A model generated the notes under the pieces. It had not been told where the DNA came from. It did not search any database and saw only the letters and a program-made list of their open reading frames with translations. A DNA stretch of 64,000 nucleotides, taken from positions 736,001-800,000 of the forward strand of contig OY970359.1 in assembly GCA_963718665.1 (NCBI GenBank), written 5' to 3'. A program made the translations under genes and the position numbers. Positions 60,688 to 64,000 of the stretch are shown one piece after another; the stretch's first letter is position 1; the number at the start of each line of letters is the position of its first letter. Origin of the DNA: an uncultured Phycisphaerales bacterium (GTDB lineage Bacteria > Planctomycetota > Phycisphaerae > Sedimentisphaerales > Anaerobacaceae).

Positions 60688-61899
60688 TCAGCCAAGGCCG
60701 AGAACACGGCAAACCGTCTTGGCTATCATGCATTCTTCGTCCGTGCGGATGACGCGAATAGCGACTCGGCTGGTCTGTGCAGAAATCACGCCCTCATTCG
60801 CCGCGTTTCGCTTTTCTTCGAGTTCGATTCCAAGAAATCCCAGCCCATCACAAATCCGGGCGCGGACCGTGGACGCATTCTCTCCGATACCGCCGGCGAA
60901 TACCAGTGTATCCAGTCCGCCCAACGCCGCCGCAAATGCGCCGATCCATTTCTTGACCTGATAGCAAAACATCGCGACCGCTTCAGCCGCCCGCACATCC
61001 TGCGTTTCACGGTCGAGCAAGTCACGCATGTCTGAACTGGTTTCAGAAATTCCGAGCAGACCGGACTGGAAATTGACCATCTCGTTGAATTGCTTATCGC
61101 TCATTTTTTCAGTGCGCGCCAGATACCAAACCAGTCCGGGATCGATATCGCCTGAGCGGGTGCTCATCGGCACCCCGGCTGTCGGGGTGAAACTCATGCT
61201 TGTGTCCACGGGTCTGCCGTCACGCACCGCCGCCAAACTTGCCCCATTGCCGAGGTGGGCGAGGATGACCCGGCCTTGTGCCGCTTCCGACCCGGCTAAG
61301 CGGGCCAGTTCTCCCATTAGAAACGCATACGACAACCCGTGAAATCCGTACCGCCGCACCCCTTGCGATTCGTAGCGTCGCGGGATAGGCAACAACCGGG
61401 CCACGCGCGGCAGGTCATGGTGAAAAGCCGTGTCGAAACACGCCACCTGGGGCAGGTCAGGAAATCGGTGATGAAACGCCTCGGTCAACAGTATCTCCTC
61501 CGGCAAATGCTCCGGATCGAATGGACTAAGCCAGCGCAGCTCCTCAACCATTTCCGCAGTGATTCGCTGCGGCTTGCTATACTTCGGCCCGCCATGCACC
61601 ACGCGATGCCCCACCGCGGTCAATGCATCGCGCCCGCCGCGTTCCTCGATCCAATCCATCAGAGCGCCTACCGCCACTGTGTGATCCGGCGCCTTAACCA
61701 ACCGCGAAAAGTTGTCCGCCCGGCTCAATCCTTTCACCCGCAAGGTGGCCTCCGGCAGTCCAATCCGCTCAATCTCGCCCCCCAGAATCCGTCGGGGCGA
61801 GTCACCGGCCTCGAACAATGCGAACTTGATGCTCGATGAGCCACCATTGATTGTCAGCACGGTAGCGTGAGTCGGTTTTGTGGTTGACCGGTTTGTCAT
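60688..61899 (-). CDS. ackA: Acetate/propionate kinase
   Basis: INGGSSSIKF, GHRVVHGG, FDTAFH, RRYGFHGLSY, HLGNGAS, GGIGEN, TDEE; GGAGG RBS. Confidence 0.93.
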   Translation of the reverse strand: MTNRSTTKPTHATVLTINGGSSSIKFALFEAGDSPRRILGGEIERIGLPEATLRVKGLSRADNFSRLVKAPDHTVAVGALMDWIEERGGRDALTAVGHRVVHGGPKYSKPQRITAEMVEELRWLSPFDPEHLPEEILLTEAFHHRFPDLPQVACFDTAFHHDLPRVARLLPIPRRYESQGVRRYGFHGLSYAFLMGELARLAGSEAAQGRVILAHLGNGASLAAVRDGRPVDTSMSFTPTAGVPMSTRSGDIDPGLVWYLARTEKMSDKQFNEMVNFQSGLLGISETSSDMRDLLDRETQDVRAAEAVAMFCYQVKKWIGAFAAALGGLDTLVFAGGIGENASTVRARICDGLGFLGIELEEKRNAANEGVISAQTSRVAIRVIRTDEECMIAKTVCRVLGLG

Positions 61900-61972
61900 T
61901 CTGCAACCTCCAATCCAAAAGAAGCCAGTTTCGCACACGTGGACTTGTAATCCGTGTGACAAATACCTCGAA

Positions 61973-64000
61973 TCATCGCTGCCACAGTATTTGAGCGGCT
62001 TCCAGAGGAACCGCAACACCATCGTAGTTCGGTATCACCCTCGCTGTATAATCTTTCGCAGGCCGGGTCGCTGATACCGTTACGCTGTAGATGTAACCTC
62101 TGACAGCGCCTACGAGTTGTCGGCCTCGCTTCATTTCCTGCCGTACCGGACTACTGCCATTTATCCCATCCGCATAAAGCTCCACTCGAACCGCATCCGG
62201 GTCGATGTCGTTGAGATAGACCTTAACTTCAAATATATGCTGCTGTCCGTAGGTTTCAACCTTTATTTCGCCGAAACGCATCGCAGCCCATTTTTGTTCG
62301 AGAGTATGCCGCCAATCTACCAGCTTTTTGCCCATCGCACCTTTATCGGAAGCACGCACACGATAGGATGCCGCAGCCGGAAGGTAATGCTGCTCGGTGT
62401 ATTCTCGAACGGTGCGGTTGGCTGAAAAGCGAGGCGTCAACTTCGCCATGCTTTCACGAATACGCGCTACCCATGCTTTAGGAAGCCCCTTCTCATCACG
62501 GTTATAAAACTCGGGAACCAACTCGTGTTCGAGCAGGTTGTAAAGTGCGTTTGCTTCGACAGCATCCCAGGCCGGGTCTTCGCCATGTTCCTGGCCGTCT
62601 CCCAGCGCCCACCCAACTTCCGGCGTGTATGCTTCGGCCCACCAGCCATCCAACTCCGACAGATTGATGCCTCCATTGACAAGCACTTTCATGCCGCTGG
62701 TTCCACTCGCCTCCCAAGGCCTCCGTGGTGTGTTAATCCAGACATCCACCCCCTGCACCAAGTGCCCGGTCAAATGCATATCATAGTCGCTAAGGAATAC
62801 CGCATGCTGGCGCACCTCGGGCCGCCGGATAAAACGCGTCCATTCCTGAATCATTTCCTGCCCTGCCTTGTCCTCCGGATGGGCTTTGCCGGCGATAATG
62901 AGTTGAACAGGACGCTGAGTATCGGTCAACAGGCGAAGTAGTCGCTGCGGATCATGCAGCAGCAGATTCGGTCTCTTGTAGGTCGCGAATCGGCGTGCAA
63001 AACCAAGCGTTAATGCGTTTGGGTCAAATAGATGCTTTGCATTGTCAACCATTTCGGGTGATGCGCCTGACTCAGCCAGTTGCCGAGACAGCCGTTCACG
63101 GGCATATTCAACGAGGGACTTACGGGCCTCAGCACGAAATTGCCAGAGCCTGGCGTCGGAGATGCGGCGAATGTTCTGCTCCATTGTTTCGGTCGTTCCC
63201 AGCCAACGGTCTTTTCCGCAGGCCTCAGTCCAAAGTTCGTCGGCTGCCGCTGAATCCCAGGTCGACGTATGGACCCCGTTGGTAACGGACCCGATGGGCA
63301 CTTCGTCTGCCGGCCAGTGCGGAAAGAGAGGTTCAAATAGGTGCCGGCTGACTTTCCCATGCAAGCGGCTCACGCCATTTACCGCCCCGCTGCCTCTTAT
63401 GGCGAGGTAAGCCATATTGAAATACTCCGACGAGTCGTTAGAGTTTTGCCGTCCAAGAGCGAGCAAATCGTGGATTGGTATATTAAGCCTCTTCCGGGCA
63501 TACCAATCAAGGTATTGCTCGATAAGGGCTGGAGCGAAACGGTCAAAGCCGGCGGCTACCGGTGTGTGCGTGGTGAATAGATTACCAGCTCGCGTGACAG
63601 CCAGTGCTGCTTCAAAAGGTTGGCCTGTATCTTCCATGAAATTTCTTGCGCGTTCCAGCACAGCGAAGGCGGCATGCCCTTCATTGAGGTGGCAGACCTC
63701 GGGCTGGATGCCAAGCGCACGGAGCAGCCGCCATCCTCCAATCCCGAGTATTAGTTCTTGTTTAAGTCGCAACTCCGACCCACCACCGTAAAGCTCGCTT
63801 GTAATTCCTCTATGAGCTGGAAAGTTCGCAGCGTCATTGGTGTCCAGCAGGTAAAGTTTAACTCTGCCGACCTGGACCTGCCAGGCGCGCAGCCACACCG
63901 AATAACCGGGAAGCACAACTTCCAGCCGCAACCACTCCCCGTTCGGTCTTCGCAGAGGCGTGATTGGCAATTGCCCCGGGTCGTTGTATGGAAACAGGGC
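61973..64000 (-). CDS. glgP: Alpha-glucan phosphorylase (5' part outside the window)
   Basis: HLNEGH, FTTHTPV, NGVSRLHG, FARRFATYKR, GKAHP, EASGTSGMK. Confidence 0.95.
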   Translation of the reverse strand, partial: ALFPYNDPGQLPITPLRRPNGEWLRLEVVLPGYSVWLRAWQVQVGRVKLYLLDTNDAANFPAHRGITSELYGGGSELRLKQELILGIGGWRLLRALGIQPEVCHLNEGHAAFAVLERARNFMEDTGQPFEAALAVTRAGNLFTTHTPVAAGFDRFAPALIEQYLDWYARKRLNIPIHDLLALGRQNSNDSSEYFNMAYLAIRGSGAVNGVSRLHGKVSRHLFEPLFPHWPADEVPIGSVTNGVHTSTWDSAAADELWTEACGKDRWLGTTETMEQNIRRISDARLWQFRAEARKSLVEYARERLSRQLAESGASPEMVDNAKHLFDPNALTLGFARRFATYKRPNLLLHDPQRLLRLLTDTQRPVQLIIAGKAHPEDKAGQEMIQEWTRFIRRPEVRQHAVFLSDYDMHLTGHLVQGVDVWINTPRRPWEASGTSGMKVLVNGGINLSELDGWWAEAYTPEVGWALGDGQEHGEDPAWDAVEANALYNLLEHELVPEFYNRDEKGLPKAWVARIRESMAKLTPRFSANRTVREYTEQHYLPAAASYRVRASDKGAMGKKLVDWRHTLEQKWAAMRFGEIKVETYGQQHIFEVKVYLNDIDPDAVRVELYADGINGSSPVRQEMKRGRQLVGAVRGYIYSVTVSATRPAKDYTARVIPNYDGVAVPLEAAQILWQR

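Overview
A mostly chromosomal window, probably from a Planctomycetota (Phycisphaerae/Sedimentisphaerales-like) genome. This placement is inferred from the DUF1549/1553-DUF1501-PPC operon, PEP-CTERM proteins and planctomycete-type dockerin motifs. Housekeeping genes include miaB, rpmE-prfA, pabB/pabC-like, Nif3, scpB, pfkA, rodA, murJ, fabZ-like, lolA-like, a type-4 UDG, tRNA-Glu(TTC) and tRNA-Lys(CTT), plus a glgP-ackA-xfp operon at the right end. Main observations: (1) A surface-protein locus at 24-31 kb with two cohesin-like/PASTA/dockerin-like paralogues alternating with two PEP-CTERM proteins, and a nearby dockerin-bearing GH9-CBM3-CBM64 cellulase; together a candidate exosortase-anchored cellulosome-like system. 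(2) A nucleotide-kinase-like/N-glycosidase fusion right after prfA. (3) Several families of small palindromic elements, nested in each other and inserted in frame in at least five genes. (4) A tRNA-Lys-linked islet with a stand-alone SIR2-like gene, followed by cassettes bracketed by degenerate direct repeats. (5) A frameshifted spermidine-synthase-like/TPR gene, an apparent ATC start codon for phosphoketolase, several leaderless-type promoters, and an Hc1-like gene too short for the ORF track. No CRISPR array, rRNA, integrase or transposase was seen. All calls come from motif recognition by eye, with no database searches.
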